64,000 nucleotides of DNA, from NCBI RefSeq assembly GCF_006345805.1, contig NC_043006.1:62001-126000 (forward strand), written 5' to 3'. The translations under genes and the position numbers were made by a program. The stretch comes from Octopus sinensis. Taxonomy: Eukaryota. Positions within the stretch are counted from its first letter, which is position 1; each line of letters opens with the position of its first letter. Shown here in pieces: positions 49,226 to 62,249 of the stretch. The notes under the pieces were generated by a model that saw only the letters and a list, made by a program, of their open reading frames with translations, was not told where the DNA came from and did no database searches.

Positions 49226-49440
49226 AAGGAGGCGAGCTGGCAGAATCGTTAGCACACCGGGCGAAATGATTAGCGGTATTTCGTCTGCCGCTACGTTCTG
49301 AGTTCAAATTCCGCCGAGGTTGACTTTGCCTTTCATCCTTTCGGGGTCGATAAATTAAATACCGGTTGCGTACTGGGGTCGATGTGATCAACTGGTCCCC
49401 TTCCCCCAAATTTCAGGCCTTGTGCCTCTAGTAGAAAGGA
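49226..49440 (+). mobile_element. SINE family C, tail type c, with ~14-bp TSD
   Basis: Full head and core, tail ggccttgtgcctctagtagaaagga. ttattt(t)gtgagatt occurs on both sides. Confidence 0.88.
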
Positions 49441-51091
49441 TTATTTGTGAGATTGGAAACCGTCGATATTTGACGTTATTTCTGCAACAGTTCGATAATA
49501 GAACCAATAACAGAAACAAATGATTATTGATCTAGATGTTGTTCAGTCTGGAATGGTTGCAACAATTGCTAAAGTCAAAACCAAAAACATGGTTTTGGTT
49601 GCAAGTTTATTGTGTCTTGTCTAAGACTGTTTTATTTGGGTCAGTGTGCGGCCGGCTTTACTAATTCATTATTAAGCTTTTATTTTTCTATGGTTTTTAA
49701 GTATAAATACATTTTTTAAACCCATAATTATGTTTAAAAAATTAATACGAACTTTGAAAGAAGAAAATAGGATCTTCAATGAAGAATGGGAATTGCAATA
49801 TTTTTTAGTAAATTGGAGGCAAAATGTCTTGCTTGTTTTGTGACACCGTAATTGTAACGGTTAAGAAATTCAATGCACAACAACATTATGCTCTTCATAA
49901 ATCTGCCAAATTAGAGGGTGAGTCTCGAAAGATAGCAGTGCAGGAATTGAAAGATGGAAAACAAAAGCAAAGATAATTTTTCCAATCTTTGTTGCATCAA
50001 GGGAATGCTACATCAGAAGCCAGCTATAAAGTTGAATATGTGCTTGGAAAAAAAGGTAAGCCATTCAGCGATGCAGAACTCATAAAGGAAAGTATTTTAG
50101 AAGTGGTAGGAAGTGTAGATCCCGATAAAGTTTAAATAAAAAGAGGTGCCTCTTTCAAGAAAGACTTATATAAATCGACAGCATGAATTGGTTTGTAATG
50201 CAACAGAGCAATTGAAAACTATAATCCAAAAAGAAAATGTATATTGTTTTGTAGCTTTGGATGAATCGACAGATTCCACAGATTGTATTTTATTCGTGTT
50301 ATAACTGATGATTTTCAATTATATGAAGAATTGTTTGCTTTAGGCACCCTTAAAGGAAGGAGGCGAGGGATAGATATTTTTAACAACTTCAGAGAGCAAT
50401 GTCATAAAGTAGGACTAAGTTTTACTAATTTGGTGAATGTGTGCACGAATGGTGCTCCAGCTACGGCGACTGAAAATGAAGGATTTATTGCACATCTTAA
50501 AAGATTAACCAAAGAGCCAAACGTTCTGATTTCTTTTCATTGCGTTTTACACCAGCAAAATGTCTGTGTAAAATCTGTCATTTTTAATGACACTTTGCAG
50601 AAGGTTATAAGAATTGTAAACTATATTCGAGCAAATGCCCTGAAGCATCGTCAATTTCGAAACATGCTGATGATGGATGACGAAGTAATTAATGTGGATT
50701 TGTCTTATCACTCAAAACTACGCTGGTTGTCGTAATTTTCTCTTTACGAAGGCAAATAATTGACTATTTCAATGAAAACAACAAACATTGGGATTTATCA
50801 GATCCAAATTTTTACAAAGATTTTGCATTTTTATGTGATTTGATGTCGAAACAAAATGAGTTAAACATTTCGTTGCATGGTAAAAAGAAATGTATACGTG
50901 GCAAAAAATTTGGACATTCAGAAAAAAAATGGTCATTTTTCAAGTTCCTTTTGGTTCAACCAAAACTTTCAGAACACTTTCCTCAGTTTACGAAGACAAT
51001 GAGTGAAAAGGAAGAAGATATCTATGAATCTTTTGAAGAATACGAATCAGTTTTAGACTCGTTAATATAAGAATATAATAAAAGATTGAAG

Positions 51092-51380
51092 TAATAGAAA
51101 TATTAAAATTTCTAAGTCTCTCTAAAGGAGATTACGGCAGCGTTACTGGAAATTTATAATTATCGCCATACTTATATGGCAGTCTTATAAATACCCTGAA
51201 ACATGTCTGCAGCTGTCTGACTGGCAGGATGAAGCGGCTGACCTTCCCTGTTCGAAGGTTTAAAATGGACGCAGGTTGTGTGTCAAATAGCTAGCTTGAG
51301 ACGGTGGCCTCTTGGAGCTAATCAGCGACAGCTTTAGTCTTATATCTATAAGACTGCCATATAAGTATGGCGATAACTAT
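51092..51380. mobile_element. ~290-bp insertion with 30-bp internal inverted repeat and ~13-bp flanking duplication
   Basis: ttatcgccatacttatatggcagtcttata (51160-89) is mirrored exactly at 51347-76. taaaa(a)gattgaag occurs at 51079-91 and 51381-94. Confidence 0.75.
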
Positions 51381-51930
51381 TAAAAAGATTGAAGGATTTT
51401 GAAAAACATAACATCACTCTGAAACTTGCTTTTCAGCCTCACTTACAAATGGAACTCATTGAAATGTCTGGAGATAAATATCCCGAAATCTGTTTGACAA
51501 GAGGGAAAATCCCATGGAAATTTCGAAAAATGCTGTAGAATATCCTCGTCTTCGTGAACCGATAAATTTCCTGCCTTTCTTCAAAATATTGTTGTGAATC
51601 CATATTCTCGTACTTGAGGCAGATCAAGAATTCGCTGAAAATGCAATTGACGGATGAGCATTTGGAGAACCTATTGAAACTAGGAGCCACTGTGTTAGAG
51701 CCTGATATCAAAATACTTTCTAAAAAACAAAACAAAAAAAAACGCAAATTAAAAGAAGCCAGTAATTTGCATAAAAAGTACCAACTTGCCTAAATTAAAT
51801 ATTTGAATATGTTACATTCTCCATGTTAACATATAAGCTGTCTTTTTTATAAGATTATTATTCATTTACTTATTACTTAATGAACTTAAATAAAATATTT
51901 GAAAATGTCTTGCTTTCGATATTATTCAGT

Positions 51931-51974
<44 letters not shown>

Positions 51975-51977
51975 ACG

Positions 51978-52447
<470 letters not shown>

Positions 52448-53359
52448 TTTACTTATTTTTTGTATAAAATATTTGAAGTCCTGCTTTCGATTTCCACACG
52501 CCTGTCTTTCTTTAAATAATAAATTATGTAAGGGATAAAATAAATAAAAGAAACAAAAATAATAATTTGTTCAATGCGGCCTCTATGAAGGATGATGAAT
52601 TGTAGAGTGACCTTCATGCACAAAAAGGTTTCCCATCCCTGGTCTAACCGTAACCATCCTGACTTTTAAAAGACCCTGTGTATCTTAGAGTATTAGCCTC
52701 CATTTTTAAGATAACAGGGTGCAATTTCAGGATTAGTTTGACTGTAATTTTTAGAGGTTGGTATAGGTGTTAAAATGTGCAACCTGAGTCGTTCTGTTTA
52801 GCACTGGTGACGACTTGTGATAGATTTGTGACGAACTTACACACCGTGAACTTGTGGCTTAATGGATAGGGCATTGGCCTCCGGCAGCGATAAAAATCAC
52901 ATTAAGGTCGCTTGCGTAACGTATAATTTCGCCAATATGCAAAGTGCGTCTATTCCCATTTCTGTTTGTTTACACTTGATAGACGCGGGATGGTTGTGTG
53001 TATCGCGACCACGTAGTTTCTCGTTCGGTCCCTCTCTGCGGTACTTTGGGCAAGCATCAGATGGTGAATATAGACATGATATGCATGCACACGCATACAT
53101 ACTTTATAACATAGGTATAACACACACACACACACACACACACATGTATGTATGTATGTATGTATGTATGTATGTATGTATGTATGCATGTATGTATGTA
53201 TGTATGTATGTATGTATGCATGCTTATGTGTGTTTAATTGTACTTGCATACGTTGAAATCTATATGTGGATATGCAAGAGTATATGTGTAAAAGAAAAAC
53301 AGTGTTTTCAGACACACACACACATACGCACACAGGCACTCATATACACATATGTACAC

Positions 53360-54055
53360 AGAATTTGAACTCAGAACGTAGCGGCAGATGAAATACCTAT
53401 TTCTTTACTACCCACAAGGGGCTAAACACAGAAGGGACAAACAAGGACAGACAAACGGATTAAGCCGATTACATCGACCCCAGTGCGTAACTGGTACTTA
53501 ATTTATCGACCCCGAAAGGATGAAAGACAAAGTCGACCTCGGCGGAATTTGAACTGAGAACGTAACGGCAAATGAAATTACCACTAAGCATTTCACCCGG
53601 CATGCAAACGTTTCGGCAAGCTCGCCGCCTAAGTCTTTTCTATTCTAGGCACAAGGCCCGAAATTTTGGGGGAGCGGGGCCAGTCGATTAGATCGACCTC
53701 AATACACAACTTATACTTAATTTATCGGCCCCGATAACACACACATACATATTAAAGCGGCGAAATGCGCAGCCGTATTTCGTCTGCCGTTACGTTCTGA
53801 GTTCAAATTCCGCCGAGGTCGACTTTGCCCTTCATCCTTTCGGGGGTCGATATAATCGATTTAATCCGTTTGTCTGTCCTTGTTTGTCCTCTCTGTGTTG
53901 AGCCCCTTGTGGGTAGTAAAGAAATAGGTATTTCGTCCGTCTTTCCGTTCTGAGTTACAACTCCTCCATGGTTGGCTTTGGCTTTCATCTTTCCGGAGTC
54001 GATTAAACAAGTATTAATTGAGTTCTGAGAGTCGATGTGATTCCACCGGAATTAT
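53360..54055. mobile_element. Cluster of SINE family C copies (53360-53720 on -, 53753-54055 on +)
   Basis: A full tail-a copy at 53399-53631 on -, a tail-c fragment at 53632-53720 on -, and a tail-a copy on + followed by a headless body. Confidence 0.85.
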
Positions 54056-54363
54056 TGGTACTGCGCCAATTATATATATATATATATATTTCGTTTTGGG
54101 ATTTGGTTTGCAAGATTCTTTATGTGAGTTCGTGTGTTGAAGCATATTCTGTTGTGTCTGGAGAGAGTCATTTTCTTTTTGTGCCTTATAAAAGGGAACA
54201 CAGTGTAAATAATGGATAGAGTCAAGACTATTGAAAAGATTGCAAGACGCAACGAAAATTTTAGGAAAATAAAAATAAGAAATAAGTGGAAATTTTACCG
54301 GTGAGTGTGTTAAATTATAAGGCACAAAAAGAAAATGCCTCTCCCCAGACACAACAGAATATA

Positions 54364-54427
<64 letters not shown>

Positions 54428-54430
<3 letters not shown>

Positions 54431-54503
54431 TTTATTAAAAGCAGCAGAAATATCACTAAAACTGTTATTCAGAGTTTCACGTTTCTGTTCGTCGGACAGT
54501 TTT
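54428..54503 (-). ncRNA. Minimal hammerhead-like motif with core CCGACGA, same family as 11561-11730
   Basis: On - it reads aaaactgt CCGACGA acagaaacgt GAAA ctctgaa TA acagtttt, giving a perfect 8-bp stem I. Confidence 0.55.
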
Positions 54504-54964
54504 GTTAGAATGGAACAGAAATGACGATATGATAAAACATAAAACTAGTTTAAAGGATACACCTTTGAAAATGGCTTTGTTTCATCGGTCCTTTCAACGA
54601 GCAAAATAAATTCAGTATAAATTCCTCTTGTTGTAAAATCGAAGAAAACCTTAAATCGAAGGACACATTCTAAATACATCTGGTAAATAATTATATACGA
54701 AATAAAAGTCAATTAATATATTAAAATTAAAATTCAAAATTTTCACACTGTATTACATAAATATTTTTTCCGCAGCATATACACATACTAAGCCATCTAT
54801 AATCTATAATATAAATTGGGCATGGGCGATCGTTGTACTCTTTCTTGTCTTGAGGTTCACAGCCAAACGGATGAGTGGGTTCGCGTGAAAAATGGCACAC
54901 ATGTGGAGACGGGTACATAAATTGGAATGCGGTTTGTATTTTTTCCTAACCCCCATACTTACCG

Positions 54965-55087
54965 AGAAAATCGATTAAAACTTTTCTAATGGAATTCCCC
55001 TGTTTGTTCCGCCATTAAAACAACCAGTTGCTCACACAGCCGCCATATTTTTGCCGGTCTGGACACATGTAAACCCCCAAGGTACGT
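54965..55087 (+). promoter_or_regulatory. Possible promoter or first-exon-like segment
   Basis: Unique CpG-containing sequence with two YY1-like motifs (ccgccatt ~55009, gccgccatatt ~55039), an aatcgatt palindrome, and a donor-like AAG|GTACGT at 55081/82. Motifs only, no transcript evidence. Confidence 0.25.
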
Positions 55088-55101
55088 TTTGTGTGTGTGT
55101 G

Positions 55102-55182
<81 letters not shown>

Positions 55183-55439
55183 AATTTGTATGTACAAAAA
55201 TATTCTCCTGAAAGGAAGAATGGAAGCGTTAAGTTCCTAATTTCGAAATTGCTATGGAGAATTATCCTTTTATTTTTAAGTTGTGAATTTTATGACCACA
55301 GAATATGAGTGTTTATAGTGGTTTTGACTGCTATTTCTAGACACGTTAAGGGGTTTTGCAACCCTCTCCGTTATAATCGTGATTTATTCATAATTATACA
55401 CACTTCTCTTATATACATGTGTGTGTGTGTATGTATGTA

Positions 55440-55489
<50 letters not shown>

Positions 55490-55844
55490 ATATATAATAT
55501 ATATAATATATATATATATATATTATTGAATGGAAGAAATGGAGTTGAACGAAGATTGTACAGAATTCCTTTTATTACATTCTACACATGTTTCAAAGGC
55601 CACAAATTTCCAAATTCTGATTAAATAAGGGTACCATATTGTGGCTTTCTCATCAGGAAATCTTCGTTCAACTCCATTTCTTCCATTCAATAATAATATT
55701 AAACTTCAATTATCCGCACCAACGCACGGTTGCAACACCAAATGGTCTTATCCCCAACCGTGTATTTTCTGCTGTGATTTTTGCTACCCAGGTATCGGTT
55801 AAACTTTTGAATAATCTGTAACAAGAAAATTCATCTTTCTATTT

Positions 55845-55908
<64 letters not shown>

Positions 55909-56229
55909 CCATATGGGTAAAACCCTTATAACGAGCATTTGAAAGCTCCTATGCGGCTATCGTCTACCATATGCCATCATACAACACAAATACTCGTTTT
56001 ACTGGATATACATGTGGAACGCCGTTAGTATATGCAGAATTCGTATAAACATTTATCAAACAAAAAGACGGAATGAACAGGTTTTAATCGTGAATCGCGA
56101 CAATTGTTTCTGTGCAATGGTAACAGCTGTTAGTTGCTGAGGTTTTCCATATTATACTATTACATAATCAGAAATATTAAATTTCTAAATATCTCATAGA
56201 GATATGTAAGGTGGTGGGGCGATAGAATG

Positions 56230-56638
56230 GTTGTATACTGTCAATTTAACGTGACAGTAGGGGATTACACCACCGCTGTTTAGCCCTAGGAAGCATCGAA
56301 CGCTTCCTGTCGGCTTCGACACATTTACTGTGTCCTTATATATATTTACGAAGGGGAGACAACTACCCCCAACAGCTAGGCCTGCATCTAGAGACACGCA
56401 TGTTTCAGAGTCTTTGCCCATCATCGGTCTAGAGTAGCAAGAGCCTGCTAGCTGCAGATATCAGTCCCGACTTCGTAAATATATATATATAGCTGTTGGG
56501 GGTATTTGTCTCCCCTTCGTAAATATATATACGGACACAGTAAATGTGTCGAAGCCATCAGGAAGCGTTCGATGCTTCCTAGGGCTAAACAGCGGTGGTG
56601 TAATCCCCTACTGTCACGTTAAATTGACAGTATACAAC
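56230..56638. mobile_element. Inverted-repeat element (~150-bp arms) with a hammerhead-like motif in the spacer
   Basis: 56230-56378 is mirrored by 56490-56638. On - at 56387-56433: tctaga CCGATGA tgggcaaagactct GAAA catgcgtg TC tctaga. Confidence 0.75.
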
Positions 56639-56859
56639 TACTATTACATAACTTATTATATAAATGCATAAATAAATATGACCCAGCAGCAGCTGTATAC
56701 ATATATAAATGCTGCGTACACTAACAAAATTCCACATTTGTACTCAGTAAAAGATGTAATCCTGGTGTGTGGCCACATATGGAGGCGGATAAGACACACA
56801 GCTGGCATTCCATTCATTTCTTGTTCAATGAATGGAATAAGGTTATTACCCAGATGATA

Positions 56860-56860
56860 T

Positions 56861-56940
<80 letters not shown>

Positions 56941-57068
56941 AGATAGATAGATAGATGAGGATGGATGGATGGATGGATGGTGGAGGATGGATGGATGGAT
57001 AGATAGTAGATAGATAGATAGATAAGATAGATAGATAGATAGATAGTTAGTTAGTTAGTTAGTTAGTT
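56860..57068. repeat. (GATA/GGAT/TAGT)n microsatellite
   Basis: Directly visible. The TAGT part is the (TAAC)n tail of the CR1 element. Confidence 0.95.
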
Positions 57069-59625
57069 AATTTGGCTCAAAAGCAAATAGCAAGGCCATG
57101 TAGGGGGACATGGAGTTAAGTACAGGGTGGTGTTCATGTAAAGAGTTCAGGCCACTTGAGGTCCAGGGAGGCTTTGAACAAAGCGGTCGTCGGCATCTTC
57201 ACCATCTCGTCTGGCAGCTTGTTCCACGGATCCGCAACCCGGACGGAGAAAGCTCCTCTCCTTCGATTGAGATGAAATCGTCGCAGGTAGAGCTTTTCGG
57301 AATGACCCCGCAGCCGACGCTCTGGAGCAGGAGTGAAGAACAGCTCTTTCGAGAGGTTACACTTTCCGCTTATGATGTTGTGGGCGAGAATGAGATCACC
57401 ACGGCGGCGGCGTTTTTCAAGAGAATAAAGGTCGAGCGTCCTCAGCCTTTCTTCGTAGGACAATTTTTGAGACCATGAACCATGCGGGTAGCAGCTTCTG
57501 GACTCTTTCGAGATGCTGTATGTCTTTGAGGAGATAAGGAGAAGAGGCTTGAATCCCATACTCCAATATGGGTCTCACCAGCGTGACATAGAGTGGTAGG
57601 AATATGGCTGCTGTGAGCATTCCGAATGACCGTCGAATCAAGAACAGAATTCCGCGTGCTTTGTTGGCAGCATGGACGCACTGGGCCGAAGGCGAAAAGG
57701 AGGAATCCACCAAGATACCCAGGTCCTTTACCTGATCGGTCCTCTCCAGCAGCAGACGACCCGGCTCGAAATCAAGTTGAGTTGCAGGAGTAGAGCCGAC
57801 AGGCAGATGACAGCACTTTGACACGTTCAGACACAGGTCCCAATCGTTAGACCACTTCCAAATTTGGTGGAGGCATCGACGAAGATCCTCTATATTACCG
57901 CGAGGAGCGACCAGTTTGATATCGTCGGCAAATAGAAGGTGTGTTGCGTGAGGTCGTCGGGCAAGTCATTTATGAAGACTAAGAACAACAAGGGCCCAAG
58001 CACTGAACCTTGAGGCACGCCACTGCTCGCACTGGAGACGTCGGACCGCGAACCATTAACTTGGACTTGGAAGGAGCGATCTGAGAGGAAGGCACCAACC
58101 CATCGTACAATATCCGGATGGAAACTATATGCTTGAAGCTTGACAAGTAATAGGCGGTGGTTTACCGAGTCAAAAGCTTTGGCAAAGTCCAATAAAACGA
58201 TGTCAACAGCATCACTATCATCGAGGATGCGCGTCACCAATTCTTCCATTACTAGTAAGTTGGTCAAGCATGATCTCTTCGGCACGAAGCCGTGTTGGGA
58301 ATCAGAGATAGAGGCTGTGTTTAGGAGGTGGAGCATCATACTTTTCTTAAGGATGGTTTCGAACATCTTGCTGATTATTGATGTAAGGGAAACCGGTCGG
58401 TAGTTAAGCGGGTCTTCGCGGCTCCCTTTCTTGAAAATTGGGCAGATTATCGCTGTTCTCCAGTCTGCAGGTATAACACCCGTCGCCAATGACATATTGA
58501 ATAGTCGTGTTAAGGGCTCGCAGATGACCGGAGCCAACGCTTTGATAACCCGTGGGTGTATGCCGTCAGGGCCGTGACCCTTGTTGACATCGAGGCCTTG
58601 AATAACACGTTTGACTTCGTCCCGCGTGATGACCAATCGAAGCATTGGAGGTACCGATCTATCAAATGGAGGGGGTTCACGACCATCATCTTGTTTGAAA
58701 ATAGTTGAAAAAGCCTCGGCAATAATTGACTCTGTTGATAAGGGTCCTCAATCGATACGCCTGTTGAGTCTACCAACGTTGCAATCTGGTTGTTCAAGCG
58801 GGAATTCCGCTGGACATGGGCAAAGAAGGTTTTTGGATTGCTACTGGCATTTGCCGCGATTTTGTATTCATAACTGAAGCGTTCTTTCTTTTCAATTTTC
58901 ACGGCTCGGTCTCGTTGAGTTTTGTACACCTCAAAAGCTGCAGTCGAATCCAGATTTTTGAATTCAGCCCAAGCAATATCCTGAGTCGACGTTCTCGTTT
59001 AACTTCTTCGTCACCCAGGGCTTGTGTTTCTTCTTCTTGGAAGCCCAACGGGAACTGCCTGGTCAGTCAAACAGATTACATATGCTTTGAGGGATGACCA
59101 TAGTTCGTCAACAGAGGACAACGTCATCAGGGATCGCCAGTCCAGAAGCGCGGAAGCCTCGGTTAGAATTTCAAATTAATTGCAGAGAAGACTCTACGTG
59201 GCAGCGAAGTAGTCGTGGGCGTAGAAAAAGTTGTGTGCATGACGAACTTCAGGACCGCATGATCACTCTTGGCAAGAGGGGCGCCACAGATACGTCTGAC
59301 ACTGATCTTGGATAGCCGGAGAATACCAGATCTAGCATAGATGGCTGCTGCCCAGACCGATGCCTTGTCGGATATTCAACATGTTGCGATAGAAAACAAT
59401 CTTCAGCCACGTCAAGAAGGCCCTGGCCGAAACGGGAAGATGTTGTACAAATTGATGCGGGCCAATCGATCGTGGGAGCGTTGAAGTCTCCTAGTACCAA
59501 ACAGTCAAGCGAAGCTGAAACGAATCTTATCGCTTCGAGTAAATGAGCATCGTCCTGGGGGTCGGCAAGAGGCGGCCTGTAGACAGCCAACACGGGCAGG
59601 CAAAACTCAGATAGGCTCAGCTTGC
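57046..59625 (-). mobile_element. CR1-clade LINE ORF2 (partial APE, RT, C-terminus), 5'-truncated, frameshifted
   Basis: VYRPP..VLGDFNAPTIDW..LDLVF, KGHGPDGIHP, YRPVSLTS, QHGF, DFAKAFDSVNH, GVPQGSVLGPLLFLVFINDL, LVRPILEY, LEKRRRRGDLI, RVADPWNKLP; (TAAC)n tail. Confidence 0.93.
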
Positions 59626-60184
59626 AATAGATAGATAGATGGATAGATAGATAGATGGATAGATAAATGGATAGACGCGCACACATATATGCATGTATAT
59701 GTAAATATATATATACATATATAATTATACTCATAATTATAAAAAATATTGTTGAAGTTTACCGAAAATGGTCCTTTTAACATGCGGAATACTACTTGGT
59801 CGAATTTTCATCCGTATAAATAAATGTTTATGTTAATTTAAAAGGGAAAAACAATTTTAAATCTCTGAGCGAGATGTTGGTAAATAAACTTTAATTTAAA
59901 AGATTTGGATCAAGTTAAATTTAATTTTGATCAGATTGCTTTCAATTTTGATGTTACGATGCGACTCTGAATTTTGATTCCGATCAACCAATTACTTTAT
60001 CTCGTAAATTAAAGAATCTGATGTTATTTGGAATTAAAATTGGGAAAATTTGGTTAATTTTAGCCAATCAACAGACAGCGAGGCATGAACAGCTTGTTAC
60101 CATGATAACCGCACGTTGTGTTGTGTTGATTCTTCACACCACGAGATTTACTTTTATATCTATCAATTAGAATTTTATTGTAGA

Positions 60185-60487
60185 CTAGCAGTATCGCCCT
60201 GCGTTACTCGGTTTTATAAGGGAAATAACTATATAAGCATTTTTAGAGAGTTACTTCCCTTATATAATAGTAAAAAAAATGCATTAAAAATGGGAAAAAA
60301 TGATGGTAATTTTTTTTTAAATCGTAGACTCATCGTAGACGCGCGCTAATACCCAGAAGGGCTCGATATGAATCACGACTATAAGATACCCGCTTTTGAT
60401 TAAACTGCACTGCAAAATGTGGGAGTAGTTAGGAATCTAAATCGTAGGAGACAGACACTCACACAACTTCACTTTTATATATAAAGA
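60185..60487 (-). mobile_element. Non-autonomous Helitron with internal deletion
   Basis: Same family as 11138 and 16921, but lacks the segment between two ttttagaga repeats. Confidence 0.85.
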
Positions 60488-60490
60488 TAT

Positions 60491-60615
60491 TAGGTTGAGG
60501 AAAAAGTTCGTGCGCCGTGTTAAAATAATGCTTTTTCAAAATATATTTTTGTGGGGTGGTGGTGTTCATTCAGTTCATTATTTTAACACGGCGCACGAAC
60601 TTTTTCCTCAGCCTA
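60491..60615. mobile_element. Mariner-type MITE (~125 bp, 40-bp TIRs)
   Basis: taggttgaggaaaaagttcgtgcgccgtgttaaaataatg is mirrored at 60576-60615 with one mismatch. The TIR resembles that of the 41388 mariner. Confidence 0.85.
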
Positions 60616-60692
60616 GTATTTTTCGTCAATTGTCTTAATATTTTACATATTTTTTTATATATTTTTCATATATAAATTTTTCATATATATTT

Positions 60693-60960
60693 CAAGGGCC
60701 CACAGTTTTTTAATATTCTCCCAAAGAGTCTGAGGAACTTGCACAAAGTAGATGTAGGGGTTTTTAAATCAAAGCTGGACCTCTTCCTGTCGAGAGTCCC
60801 AGATGAACCTACCTCACGGCAAGAGGTGCAAATGATGGTAGCTATATCAAGCTCCATGCTTCACCAAGTGCCACATATTAGAAGAGGTTCTTTGTAATAA
60901 CAGTGTAGCAAAACGGCTGTGCATCAGTATGGCCACAGCTCTGAGGTGAAACTAGAGAAA
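60693..60960 (+). mobile_element. CR1/L2-group LINE 3' fragment
   Basis: KGPQFFNILPKSLRNLHKVDVGVFKSKLDLFLSRVPDEPT, then tail gtgcatcagtatggccacagctctgaggtgaaactag. Confidence 0.75.
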
Positions 60961-61533
60961 AATATATATATATATTTTACATATACTTCGTGAAGTTTTT
61001 CTGCGTGTACATTCGTTGCAACGAATGCCTTTCAGTTTAAACCCAGGTCAGGCCAGAATGAGCCATTGCCGGGATTTGTTTCCAAAAATCAAAAAGGTAA
61101 CGAGGTGTTATATGGAGTGCTTAAATCAGAATTCCGCCCTTCCTCGTATCGTGCCACTTTTTGTTAGAGGCGACAAATAAAAGTAGTTCGCCGGCAAAGA
61201 TCCCACACTAGATAAGATAACAGCCCGATCCATGAGTTACGCCTCAGGAGAGAGACTGCTTCATTTGCTGGAAAGCCCACGCATGAGCATTGACTTTTAA
61301 CTGAACTACTTACAGAGATATACATAACAGTGAGCAAAAACATAGGTTCCTTCTTCTTTTCCTCCGCCGGTCTCGGGTTTCTGAAACGACTGTTCTTTCT
61401 TTGGTCAAGCCTTAAAAATAGATATTATGCCAATACAGAAATGTGTTTTCCAGAACAGTGAAACAAAACTTATAACTGAAAAGATAACTACAAACTGGAA
61501 ATGAAACTTAATTGTAGGAACAGTGGTAGCTTC

Positions 61534-61922
61534 TGAAAAAGGAGCACTCCGTCGGTTACGACGATGAGGGTCCCAGCTGATACGATCAACGGAACAGCTT
61601 GCTCGTGGAATTAACGTGCAAGTGGCTGAACACTCCACAGACACGTGTACCCTTGACGTAGTTCTCGAGGAGATTCAGCGTGACACAGAGTGTGACAAGG
61701 CTGGCCCCTTTGAAATCCAAGTACAACAGAAACAGGAAGAAAGAGTGAGAGAAAGTTGTGGTGAAAGAGTACAGCAGGGTTCACCTGCCACCCTCTGCAG
61801 GAGCCTCGTGAAGCTTTAGGTGTTTTCGCTCAATAAACGCTCACAATGCCCGGTCTGGGAATCGAAACCGCGATCCTACGACCGCGAGTCCGCTGCCCTA
61901 ACCACTGGGCCATTGCGCCTCC
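61534..61922 (-). mobile_element. tRNA-derived SINE family B
   Basis: Reverse-complement homologue of 21268-21647, with a degenerate TSD containing tggtagct. Confidence 0.9.
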
Positions 61923-62044
61923 ACTGGTAGCTCCTACACTACTACCACCTTTAGCCTTCCTTTTGTTACAGTATTTCAAGTGAAATACTCTGCCTTTGTT
62001 TCAATTGGCTTTTAAAATAATAAAGAATTGAGTAAAGTAACTTT

Positions 62045-62165
62045 ATGGTTCCGGGTTCAGTTCCACTGGGTGGCACCTTGTGCAAGTGTCTTCTACTATA
62101 GCCCCAGGCCGACCAAAGCCTTCTGAGTGGATTTGGTAGACGGAAACTGAAAGAAGCCCGTCGTA

Positions 62166-62249
<84 letters not shown>

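Noticed and set aside
50283-50735. GTF2IRD2/ZBED-like domesticated gene
   Set aside because: The surrounding frame has stops, frameshifts and insertions, and a TIR remains, so it is a decayed hAT transposon.
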